From assembly GCF_006345805.1 (NCBI RefSeq), contig NC_043002.1:15500001-15564000 (forward strand): a stretch of DNA of 64,000 bases. The letters run 5' to 3'. The notes beneath the pieces were generated by a model that saw only the letters and a program-made list of their open reading frames with translations, did not search any database and had not been told where the DNA came from. Of this stretch, positions 12,701 through 24,196 are shown piece by piece; the stretch's first letter is position 1; each line of letters opens with the position of its first letter. The position numbers were made by a program, and so were the translations under genes. Source of the DNA: Octopus sinensis. Its lineage: Eukaryota.

Positions 12701-14082
12701 TCTTATTCTAAAACATATTCGCGATTAGCTAGGTTCTTGGAGAGTTTTGGGTAAAATATTCATATACTTATTTTTTATTTACTTAGTGAGTGATTTATAT
12801 TTTATGGGCAGCAGAAAGAGAAATAATTTTTCAAAAAAACAATAAAACAGAGTAAGAAAGCAGTGTTATATATCTTGTAGAGGATAGGATGAAAGAGAAA
12901 CAAAAACATTGACTATTAGTTGTTGATTATGAAAATATATACAAGAATACCTTAAAATTTCTTTGGGTAAGATGAAAATTTATAATCTTGTTATACAGGA
13001 AGGAGAAATACTTTAGATAGTAAGTGTATTGAATCTGCTAGGAGATAAAGAAACGGAAAGGGAGAGCGAGAGAGAGGAATAGAATACTTATACACAAGAG
13101 AAAAGCATTTTATTCAACGGAATGAAAATTTTATAATGCGATATATGTCTGTATGTATGTGTGTGCGTGTGTGTGGTAGATATGTGTACCTGATTACTTA
13201 TGCGCATGTCTATATAAAGTGAGAGAAAGAGCGGGAAGAGAGATAGTCATATTTATCTTCGTAGAGAGAGGGAGAAGAAACAAAATATCAGAAAAAATTA
13301 AAACAAGAATGTCAGCGAGTAACTTTATTCTCCTTGGAAATTACAAATTAACTGTAGCAATTTAAATAAATTGCAAATAATTTCTGGATTATGAGAATTA
13401 GAATTAAAATTTTTCCTTCAACGTTAAAAAGTTTGCCAACAACAAACATGTTAAAATTAAAACAGCAAAACACATATAATCCTAAAAATTGTGTATGAAT
13501 TTGTCAAAAGCAATATCATAATGAAAAAATATAATAGAGGAAATAAAATATACAAAGCGAAACATAAACTGCTTAACTTACTTTTTTGTTATGATAATGT
13601 CAAAAACAATTCGGGAAAATATTTCTTCGGCTTACATAGTTGTTAGCTTACCTCGTGAAAATCACAGAATGTTTGAGAGCTAGGAAATGCAAACACACGC
13701 TCCAAAGCTTACAAGAAAATCTTTTGATAAAAGCAGAGATTTGTTTAAAAAATATTTGGTAATATGTTTTGAAAGTTTCGATTGAAAATTTTAATAAATC
13801 TATATTCATTAATGTATAAAATAAGATTATGGTCTTTAGTTTCGAATAGAGAGAATGTCTTTTGCCGAGAGTTGGACTCATAGTCTATTAATACAAATCA
13901 CGCTTGGAAGCACAAGTAAATTTTAGAAACTTTACAAAATGGAATCACGAATATTATTGGTTGTATTATTGTGTAAGATTATTATTAGCGGTAAAAGTTA
14001 AAAGAAAAAAAAAAACATCATTTCTCTGTACTTAATCGAACGCTTGCATTATTCAAAGTCATGATGCTTTAGATTTTACCAG

Positions 14083-14202
14083 AAAGAAAATCTCTTCATG
14101 TTGTATCGAATGGGGAATTTATGGTGGAGAATGCGACCGTCGTTCCAGCGGTGATACAGCCGAGTGCCTGAATGGTTTCGCTTTGCCAGTACCACATGAA
14201 TG
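14083..14202 (+). CDS. Candidate internal coding exon of an unidentified host gene
   Basis: ttttaccAG acceptor, TG|GTATGC donor, 120 nt, symmetric phase 2-2, open frame KKISSCCIEWGIYGGECDRRSSGDTAECLNGFALPVPHE; GC-richer than its flanks and in a repeat-poor region. Protein not recognised. Confidence 0.35.
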
Positions 14203-16605
14203 GTATGCGCTAGCTCTTCATATGCCTAAGCAAAATCAGTCACCTACAATGTATATAGGTATTCTATAGATAATATATTTAGATAATATATATAAACACT
14301 ATATATAGACAATATATATAAAGAGGGATTTTGTAGACAAGAAAACAGCAGAAAGTTTGGGATTTTACATTTTTAAGTTAGAATAAAGATGTCTGCAGAA
14401 GGGCGTATGAGGGGACTTTGAGTAGTACATTCAGCGATGTTGTGGAAATATTACCAGATGTAATAAATGTGGTACCCTCGATACATACTGTTTTATAGTC
14501 GCTATTCTGACAGTCGTATATTAATTAAATATACGCTTAAAAAATTCAACTGGCATATAAGTTACAATTTCTATATGTTCTTATTGCTATATCTGAAACG
14601 CAGATATAGCATTCGTTCAGTTATCTGGGATGTTTGTTCGGGATAACAATGCCCACTACTTGCTTGTCTATTTCTCACTGCATAATATTCCCCATTTGCA
14701 CACTGGGCCTTATTTTGCTTACGAGTTCAGATTGCTCAGACCAATCTTTACAATATTAACGTTCTAATGTTACAGTTGATGGTGTATTAAATCATATACG
14801 TAAGTATTGCAGATCAAGGCATGTCTTGAAAGTTGTAGTTATTCAAATGCTCACTTTTATTGTGTAATTAATTTTTGTTTTCTTTAAGCGTGTTGTTTAC
14901 AATAACGGTATTGTTCTTAAAAAAATATCACAATTAATCTCGTTGTTGTAACAAATTGCAAGTATCTTAGGTTGAAATAATTGTTATGATGCATGTTGAT
15001 AGTTGAAATATGTAGGCTAATGATTTTTTCCAGTCCGAGTACAACATATTTTAATCTGTATATTTCTAAATAACGTTATATATATATATATATGTGTAGG
15101 AAACTGAAATCTACACGAGTAATTTTGCCGTTGGGGTTGAAATCGCATTGACACTTTTAAGCCACTAACGCAGGAAATTACTAGTTGAGTTATATTTTAC
15201 TCTCTGTTTATGCCTCAAATTTTATAATGATCAGGTGTAATTTTTATTTTTATTTTCATGGACTTCACTCGCAATATAAAACTTCTTAGCAAAGTTTCTG
15301 TTATAAAAGTATTTATTCTGCCGTAAATAACGTTATTTTAGCTTCTTTCTAAATGGAAAGTGTTGAAGTAAAGTATACATGCGCATGTGCACTCATATGC
15401 TACTGTATAACTATATAAATTATGATGTATTTAAATCTGTCCAGCAAAGACTGAGATTCAATGAGAGTTTCTCCGTACGTTACCAGTATAGGATTTGATA
15501 TACATGTATATTGATATCAAAATATTTGTCTTTTATATCCAAAGACGAGTGAATAAATCCTTCAAAGCCACATTTGTTCTATCGAATGTTTATATAGGAA
15601 GATATTTATGCAGATATCGGTGTAATGTTATATATATTATTTGTTCGTATATTCTTACGATTCGTTTCTTTATAATTTGCGACAATAAACCCTATATCTA
15701 TTATCTAATATTTCTTAAATGTTCATGTGTTACTGTGAAGGACAATATTCTGCCGCAAGAATATGAAAATTAACGCAACATACTTACAGTAAAATGTTCC
15801 GCACTCTATCTAAGAGAATATATATATATATATATATACCAAAGAAAGAAACACAGGATGTCCTATAACAGCTCAGAATCAGTTACCTTGTTCTGGTATA
15901 TTCTACCTAAAGAAATTGTGTAAACCACCTTAAATCATGTGTGGAAATAAGGAAGAAAATATTCACTCACGATACAGGGAGCACACTGAACAAATATATT
16001 ACACATAGATCCAAATGTAATACAATCTCCCAGACCATACAACACACAGATCTTTAATTTGAAATATTCAGTTATGCCTGCATAACCCTTCAAGTTCAAA
16101 AGAAGTAGACACGTACGAAATATAGATGTAAGATAATCACCAGATATTTGAACATTTATTTTTCATCATGGAAATTTTATAACAACGTGAAGAATATAGA
16201 AGTCTAAAATACAGTCCCGTACGAATATTCTGTATAGAGTACGGCGGAAGGGAGAAAACGTCGCTGTATTCCTGGTAGAATATAAAACATGAAATACGTT
16301 TCTTAACAGAGAAATTACTAAGTCCAAACATATTCTATTGTATTTCAAGGTTGGCTAAATTACATGTGATTCAGCCAAGGATAACTTGGAGATATAAGGC
16401 ATGTTATATAATTTGACTCATCTCAGTGATTCTATGTCAGAAGCTATTAATAAATTGTATTGTGAGTACTGTATATATAAAATGGCATTTATCTCTCAAA
16501 GGATGAAATGCATCGTAGTTAATCGGAAATTAATGGAAGAGTAGAGAATGTGCGTGTGTGTGTGTGGTGTGTGTGTGTGCATATGTCTATACACATATAT
16601 CTTCA

Positions 16606-16692
<87 letters not shown>

Positions 16693-16803
16693 TGTATGTG
16701 TATGTGTGTGCGTATTCGTGCATATATATATATATAATATATATATATATAATATATATATATATATATTATATATATATATATTATATATATATATATA
16801 TAT

Positions 16804-19507
16804 AGTAAGGAAAAATTTTTTTAAAAAATACAACTGGATAAAAACCTCACCATCAAAGAAGCGGACAAAGGGAGTGCTGTGGTCCTTATGGACACGGAAT
16901 TTTATAAACACCTAGTGTTCTCCATGCTTAACAATAACATTTTCTATGAGGCTATTAACAACTACAAACAGCAAAAAACAATCAGAAACCTCACCACACT
17001 CATACGCCAACACGGTCAGGGACTCACAGAAAAAGAAAGGGATTATATCACCATTTTCAAATGCAAGCCCAGCCTTTTTTATGGCCTTCCTAAAATCCAT
17101 AAAAACAAATACATCACCGAAGCCTGCAAACTCTCCACTGACATCCACATCAACATCAAAGTACCGGAGGACCTAAAACTAAGGCCCATCGTGGCTGGTA
17201 CCTCCTGTGAAACACACCGCCTGAGTAACTTCCTAGACATCCTTTTGAAACTTTCCTTACCCACATCAAAAGTTTCATTAGGGATGATCTGGACATGCTC
17301 AAACACCTCCCGAAAACAGTTAACGAGGAGGCACTCCTGGTATCCTTTGATGTCATCAACCTCTACACCAACATTCCACATGAGTATGGTATAGAGGCAA
17401 TTGACTTCTTGGCTAGAAAAACACCCAGAGACATTCCCTGACCGCATTAACAAGTCTTTTATTACAGAATCTCTTAAGTTCATTCTGACAAACAATTATT
17501 TTTTTCTCTTCGACGACACACACTACCGTCAAAAATGTGGCATTGCGATGGGTACCAAGGCTGCACCAGTCCTTGCGAACCTCATAATGGGTTACTTCGA
17601 ACTGTCACTCTATGAAATATCAAGCCAGAAATTTGGACATGTTTTCCACACCTACCTAATGGAAAACTGGAAAAGGTTTTAGATGATTGTTTCATCATAT
17701 GGAAAGAACCTTATGAAAAACTCCTGGAATTCAAAACCATACTAAAAACATACATCCCACATCCATTCACTATGGAATTAAGCAAACATCATCTCCCATT
17801 CCTTGATCTCCTAATTATAAAAACACCTAAGAACCAAATCATAACAGACATCTAACACAAACCTACAGACTCACAACAATACCTCCTCTTTATTTCATGC
17901 CAGCCAAAACACACCAAGACAAATATCCCTTTCAATTTAGCTAAAAGGGTATGCACCATTGTCTCGGATCCAAAAACACGAGAAATACGCCTTCAAGACC
18001 TCAAAAAAACACTATTACAACGTCAATATCCCTCCACCCTTATAGAGTATGGAATAAAACGCGCCAAAGAACTAGACAACACTACACTGAAAACCACCCA
18101 ACCTAACACCACACACACCTCAAAATACTTCCATACATTTCCACCCCAACCCCAAAAATATCGAAGCATACACCACAATCATACAAAACCTCAGTCTACT
18201 GTCAACAGACCCAAAAATGAAAAACATTATAAATACCACAAAATCCTCAAATGCAAAGGCAACACAATCTTTAAAAAAACTCTTGACAAATGCCAAACTT
18301 CACACACCACATCCACCCCCAACAGTAAAAAAATGTGCACGCTCAAACTGTGGTACCTGCCCCTTTCTACTTGAAGGCTCTGAATTTACCTTCAAACAAG
18401 GTACGAAGTTTAAAATCAAGACTAACTTCTCCTGTTCCTCCGAGAACCTTATCTACGTTCTCACATGCGCTGGTTGCCAACATAATTATGTTGGACAAAC
18501 GAGTCTCCCGTTACGTAAACGAGTAACGGTGCATAAAGAACAAATAACTCTCCCGGAATACCGACAAATTCCACTGAGTGACCACTTAGACTCATGTGCT
18601 AAAGACTTAAACCCCAAATTCTATATATTCCCCTTCTACCAATGTAAAGACGGGATCACCACACAGGAGAGAATTAACAAGGAGAATCTCTTATTGAAAA
18701 ATTCCAAACACAACTTAATATGCAAACTCCTCGTTGATCAAACTTCCTTTCTCTACCTCACTTTTCATGGATGGACTAACACAAATATATAAAGATACCA
18801 TGCATTCATCACTTCAAGCTAAAACTTATATTCTTTAAATATCATTTTACTATTGTTGTTATTACTATCATTTTTATTATAAATGATATGATAATTTGAA
18901 ATGCAATTGTCTATGCAGATTTATATTATTAGAAAATAATGTAAATAAAGTGTTAAAATCTGAAAGTTAAGTTAACAAGCAATTATATAAAAAAGATAAT
19001 GCAAATGAAGCTAAAATGATAGTTTTATAATTTGGGTTTTATTGATGAACACAAAAGAGATGTCTCCCCTTACTCACAACACAGGAACTGAAGAACCAGG
19101 ACCACAATTACTACTACTTCCTGTCCTGCAAACATGCTGAATTTAACAACACAACACAACACATGCTCTTAATCCCTTTGGATCTTAACACCTCAAGGTA
19201 ATTTTTTCGTAAACAACCATAAAACGCAAGATACACAGCGAACTCACAATGTATCGGAGAACTTATTTTTTAATTTTTGTACATTTTTATCATTATTCTT
19301 TTACAAAAAAACAATGCAATTTTCTTAATTTTCCCCTTTCTAATTTAAAAAAAAAAACTTCTTAAAACATAAATATTCTTGACAAGTCATACAATGACGA
19401 AAACCGGTTGAATAAATATACATTTATATATTTTATCATTTTCTCATTTTATTAAAATTTTCTTCCATTTGAGCATTCTGCATTTTTAAAAAAAATTTTT
19501 CCTTACT
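16804..19507 (+). mobile_element. Neptune-type Penelope-like element, 5'-truncated (RT + GIY-YIG endonuclease + 3' pLTR)
   Basis: [49 protein letters not shown](L)DDCF, KPTDSQQYL, linker CARSNCGTC (Cys motif typical of Neptune), FSCSSENLIYVLTCAGC..YVGQT..RVTVH. Several 1-bp indels and at least one stop. Confidence 0.93.
19374..19414 (+). ncRNA. Minimal hammerhead variant (U3-A8 core) in the Neptune 3' end
   Basis: TATTC-TTGACAA(19379-19385)-GTCA tacaa TGAC-GAAA(A)CCGG-TT|GAATA; helix I TATTC/GAATA, palindromic ACCGGT. Confidence 0.6.
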
Positions 19508-19569
19508 AAAAATTTTTCCTTACTTATCATTTCTCCACGTGCGGTCAACACAACCCCACCATTTATTGA

Positions 19570-19630
<61 letters not shown>

Positions 19631-19633
<3 letters not shown>

Positions 19634-19902
19634 CGTGACCGACAAGGCTATCAGATGTTGCTACACAATGCGCTTCACATTGTTTCAGTCTTCAAATGAC
19701 TCCACCTCGCTGGCTAAGCGAGCAGGCCAACAGAAGAAAGAGCGAGAGAAAGTTTTGACGAAAGGGTACAGTAGGGATCGCCACCATCCCCTGCCGGAGC
19801 CGCGTGGAGCTTTAGGTGTTTTCGCTCAAAAACACTCACCGCGCCCGGTCTGGGAATCGAAGCCGCGAGTCTGCTGCCCAAACTACTGGGCCATTGCGCC
19901 TT
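19631..19902 (-). mobile_element. tRNA-derived SINE family B (GGTCACGTGA-type tail)
   Basis: Reverse complement has head AGGCGCAATGGCCCAGT..TTCGATTCCCAGACCGGGCG and the same tail as 60054-60347. Confidence 0.85.
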
Positions 19903-20228
19903 CATATATATATATATATATATATATATTTGCACTAATACGCACACAAAAACACACACTCACACACATACACATACATACACACACCTATATATGTACA
20001 AGGTCTAATAAAATTCGGTGCGACTGCCGATACGGCAGTGTAGTGCACGCAGTAAGAAACCACTCACCATAGATCAACCGTGAGCTTAACTGCTTATACA
20101 CAGTCGGTCGCTTCCGTTGTCAGTAAAGTATATCCAGCGTGATAGTCGGATGCGGCAGACGAGAGGGAACTTTTAGTTTGTGTACGAAATACCCTCACAA
20201 GTCTTTGGTCGGTCTGAGGCTATAATAG

Positions 20229-20281
<53 letters not shown>

Positions 20282-20399
20282 CAGAGAGAGAGAGAGAGAT
20301 GTATATATATATATCCATATAAATATACCCATATATATGTGTGTGTATAGGTGTGTGTAGAGTATTGAAAAGGAACGCACGAGTTGATACGCATAAGGA

Positions 20400-20620
20400 A
20401 AATTAGACAAGGTAGAATATTCTAAAGTAATTTTATCATGAAGAACATTTAAGTACCGGTTTCATACTTTGCGACTTTTTCAAACATGGATAACAATTAA
20501 ATTGTAGAAAAATTAAATGAAATCTTTTTTTTAATATAGTTTTTAAATGTAAGTGTTATTTTTCTTTTCTCTGTCTGTCTCTGTCTCTCTTTTTTATTCA
20601 CGTGAGTTCTAGGTAGTGGG
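20400..20620 (-). mobile_element. PLE terminal remnant related to 36440-36700
   Basis: Shared gtaga..ctaaagtaatttta..atgaagaacattt..accg.tttca..gactttttcaaa; degenerate U3-A8 hammerhead at 20453-20483. Confidence 0.55.
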
Positions 20621-20623
20621 TAA

Positions 20624-20663
<40 letters not shown>

Positions 20664-20664
20664 G

Positions 20665-21847
20665 CGGGGGTTGGACAAAATAATGGAAACACCTTAAAAT
20701 TCCAAGCAAATTTATTTCAATATGGAATAGGACAGCTTTTGGCAGTAATCACACATTGAATTCTACGATATAAGGACTCGTACAAATTTGAATTATTTCC
20801 AAAGGAAGTTTTGTACATTCTTCAGCTAGAGTAGTTTCCAGTTCTTGTAGGTAAGGATATCGACTCCTTACTGTTCAAAATCTTGAGATCTGGAAACGGC
20901 GGTGGTCAGATAAGATGTTCAACGTTCTTAGAATTCTACTGGTGTCATTCAGTAACAACGTTAGCTGTGTGAATTGGTGCAATGTCATACTCAAAGATTG
21001 CATTTCCCGCCGGAAACAGTTCCGGAACCATAGGATGAATTTGATCCGATAAAAAGCCTTAACTCGTCATCGTGTCATGAAGGGACACCACTGCCTCGGC
21101 GGTTTTATAAGATATACCCTCCACGACCAGATCATCACAAATCCTCCATGTTTAACACTTCGGAGAAGGTAGTCTGTTTCAAATGCTTCTTTTGGCTGTC
21201 TCTACACGTATACTCGGCCTGTGGTCGGAAATAAGGTAAAGGATTTTGTAAGATTTTCTCAACTGTAAACGCTTTGCAACGTTTGTTTTTGGAAGTAATG
21301 GCTTTCTTATAGCAGCCTTCCCGTGAAATCCGGCTTTCTGCAGCTCCCGGCAAACAGTTTTTGTGCAAACCGTATTCTTGACGTGGTCATTAAGCTCTGC
21401 AGTAAATTTGGGAGTTGTAGTTTCGTGATTCTTTGTAACAATTCGCGTAAGTGTCCGACGGTCCCTATCTGAAAGCTTCGCTTTTCTTCCGGAGCTTTTG
21501 TTTCCGCGAAGATGTTTTCTGTCTTTCTGAAAAGCTGTCATTACTTTCGAGACAGTACTTCTTGATGCACCAAACATTTGGGCCGTCTTTTGTTATGCTA
21601 GCGCCTGCCATACGAGCACCAACTATTTGACCTCTTTGAAAGTTCGATAAGTCTGCCATTTAATGAATTTTAATTACCTTTTCCTAATGATATCTGAGAC
21701 GAAACAGCAATTTAGCAAAACATATTAAGCAACACTAATAATACATAAAAAAATCATAAAAATAAACAAGCTTTTGACAGTTTTATAAATATTCCAAAAT
21801 CATGATGCTATGATGCTAGGTATTTCCATTATTTTGTCCAAACCCTG
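20665..21847 (-). mobile_element. Tc1-like DNA transposon with both TIRs, transposase disrupted
   Basis: TIRs C(A/G)GGG(G/T)TTGGACAAAATAATGGAAA(C/T)ACC at 20665-20693 and 21819-21847, TA on the right flank; transposase starts MADLSNFQRGQIVGARMAGAS..SGRKAKLSDRDRRTLTRIV..KPLL (ORFs 21465-21659, 21179-21577). Confidence 0.9.
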
Positions 21848-21909
21848 TATATATACATATGCATATATATATAAATATATTCATACATGTATAACCTTAT
21901 ATATATATT

Positions 21910-22120
21910 TTATTTACTTCTTTCAGTCATTTTGATTGCGGCCATGCTGGAGTGCCGCCTTTAGTCGAACAAATCAACCCCAGGAAATGTTGCCTAGTAC
22001 TTATCCTATCAGGCACCTTTTGTTTAACCGCTAGGTATCTTTGACGTAAACACAGCAACATCGGTTGTCAAGTGATGGTGGGGAAGAAACACAGACACAC
22101 AAATACATACCCATAGACAT
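21910..22120 (-). mobile_element. SINE family A, 3' half
   Basis: Tail and body motifs on the reverse strand. Confidence 0.75.
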
Positions 22121-22125
22121 ACACA

Positions 22126-22232
<107 letters not shown>

Positions 22233-22892
22233 CAGATATTGCGAGAGAGAAAAAAAGGGGAAAAGAAAGAGAAACCGAATATATTAACAAGTATACAAAT
22301 ACGTATGTTAGTGTGACAATTTCTTGAAATAAATGTCAACGTAACCAGCAATTACAAAAAATAGACAGAACGGAATAAACGCTAAACAATAAGAAACCCC
22401 ATTTTAACATTAAAAGACCAAGTCATAGAATATTACAATACTTCAGCAATACAATATAAATAATACTCTGTATAACACAAAATGGAAAGACACTCATTTA
22501 ATGCATTAATTTTACATACTAAATACAGAGTAACCAACTATTATCAGGTCAACGTCCGCATTAGTTTATGAAGAATATCATGAATTAATGATATTTAAAC
22601 AATACAGAAAGTTTTAATCGTTGTCATGACGATTAAGTTTTGCATAAATTTAAGGATCACACGCTTTCTTCCAAATTATTCAAACCACGGATCAATAATA
22701 CAGAATTACGTCACACAATAGAAAATTAGTTATAATAAGAAACCATTAGTGGCTTTCATAAATTTTCCAAGTAAAATAATAACGACGGAAGTAATACTTT
22801 TAACACATCACAATGCAGGACGTATTCTATAAAACAGGACGTTCACAGGCAACAAGGCATATGTGACTCTCTCAATGATATATTTTAGATGT

Positions 22893-23277
22893 GGAGGCGC
22901 AATGGTCCAGTGGTTAGGGCAGCGAACTCGCGGTCATAGGATCGCGGTTTCGATTCCCAGACCGGGCGTTGTGAGTGTTTATTGAGCGAAAACACCTAAA
23001 AACCTCCACGAGGCTCCGGCAGGGGATGGTGGTCATCCCTGCTGTACTCTTTCACCACAACTTTCTCTCACTCTTACTTCCTGTTTCTATTGTACCTGTA
23101 TTTCAAAGGGCCGCCCTTGTCACTCTGTGTCACGCTGAATATCCCCGAGAACTACGTTAATGGTACACGTGTCTGTGGAGTGCTCAGCCACTTACACGTT
23201 AATTTCACGAGCAGGCTGTTCCGTTGATTCGGATCAACCGGAACCCTCGTCGTCGTAACCGACGGAGTGCTTCCATC
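22893..23277 (+). mobile_element. tRNA-derived SINE, family B head with an alternative 3' tail, flanked by a TSD
   Basis: A/B-box head GGAGGCGCAATGGTCCAGTGGTTAGGGC..TTCGATTCCC; TSD atattttagat at 22880-22890 and 23278-23288. Confidence 0.88.
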
Positions 23278-23984
23278 ATATTTTAGATATTCTTGTAAAG
23301 AAGTACCAACTTACAACAATATCACGTCTGCAAGAAGATAGAACGATAAAGAAGTAGAACAGTTAACAGTGGATTTATAAAATTTTCCATAGAATTTACA
23401 ATGTCAACAGGCGTAAATATGTAAAATAAAAGCTGTTATTAAATATAAAGCAGTTTCACGTAATCCATACAGATGTACATAACTGATTGTATTTGAGTGA
23501 ATTTTTGCGTGCATGCGTATGTGTGTTTGTGTGTGTGAATATAGCTGCCACGGATTTTATATATATGATGTAATCTCTCACGAGACGTGGCCAATATTTG
23601 CAGAAGGATGTAAATTTCTTTCAAAAACATTGAAATGAAAATATAAGATTTGAGTTATAGATTTGTCAGCATTCATCATAATTTTTTATAAATTTAATAG
23701 TTAGGAATAAGCTATTCAGTAAGTAAGGGTGTGAAATAACGTAGAAATATGAAAAGGAGCAGTTGTAAATCTGTGAATATACGTGTGTGTACACATGTTT
23801 AATGTAGGTGTATGCTATATGCATACATACATATTTAGACACATATATTATAGATAGATACATAGATAGTGACGTATAGAGGTAGAAAGAAAAGACAGAC
23901 AGACAGATAAATAAATAGGTGGATAGATACATATATAGATGGATAGGTAGTTAGAAAGATAAATAGATAGATAGGTAGTTAAAT

Positions 23985-24154
23985 CGCTAGCCACTACACA
24001 TTCTTTATTTTCTTTCCTTGTTTCTTTCTGTGTTCCTTTCTGTGGAAGAGAATAGGCTCGAAACGTTAAAGAATTTTTCACTTCCCGAGCGTTATACTAA
24101 TACATCTGTTTGTTGTCTACACCACCTGTCTTCGTCTTTTTTTGTGAATTCTCC

Positions 24155-24160
<6 letters not shown>
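23985..24160 (+). mobile_element. PLE terminal fragment with a minimal hammerhead-like motif (A6U)
   Basis: 24040-24067 CTGTGGA-A-GAG..CTC-GAAA-CG-TT|AAAG with helix I CTTT/AAAG; the 5' part matches 48840-48910 (minus); ends in (AT)n. Confidence 0.55.

Positions 24161-24190
<30 letters not shown>

Positions 24191-24196
<6 letters not shown>

Noticed and set aside
14775-14798. 24-nt AG..GTAAGT microexon candidate
   Set aside because: Its phase is incompatible with the 14083-14202 candidate, and such matches arise by chance.
22893-22965. tRNA-like heads (also 26985, 37696, 47618, 63688) as genuine tRNA genes
   Set aside because: They have A/B boxes but no complete cloverleaf, and they continue into multicopy SINE bodies.
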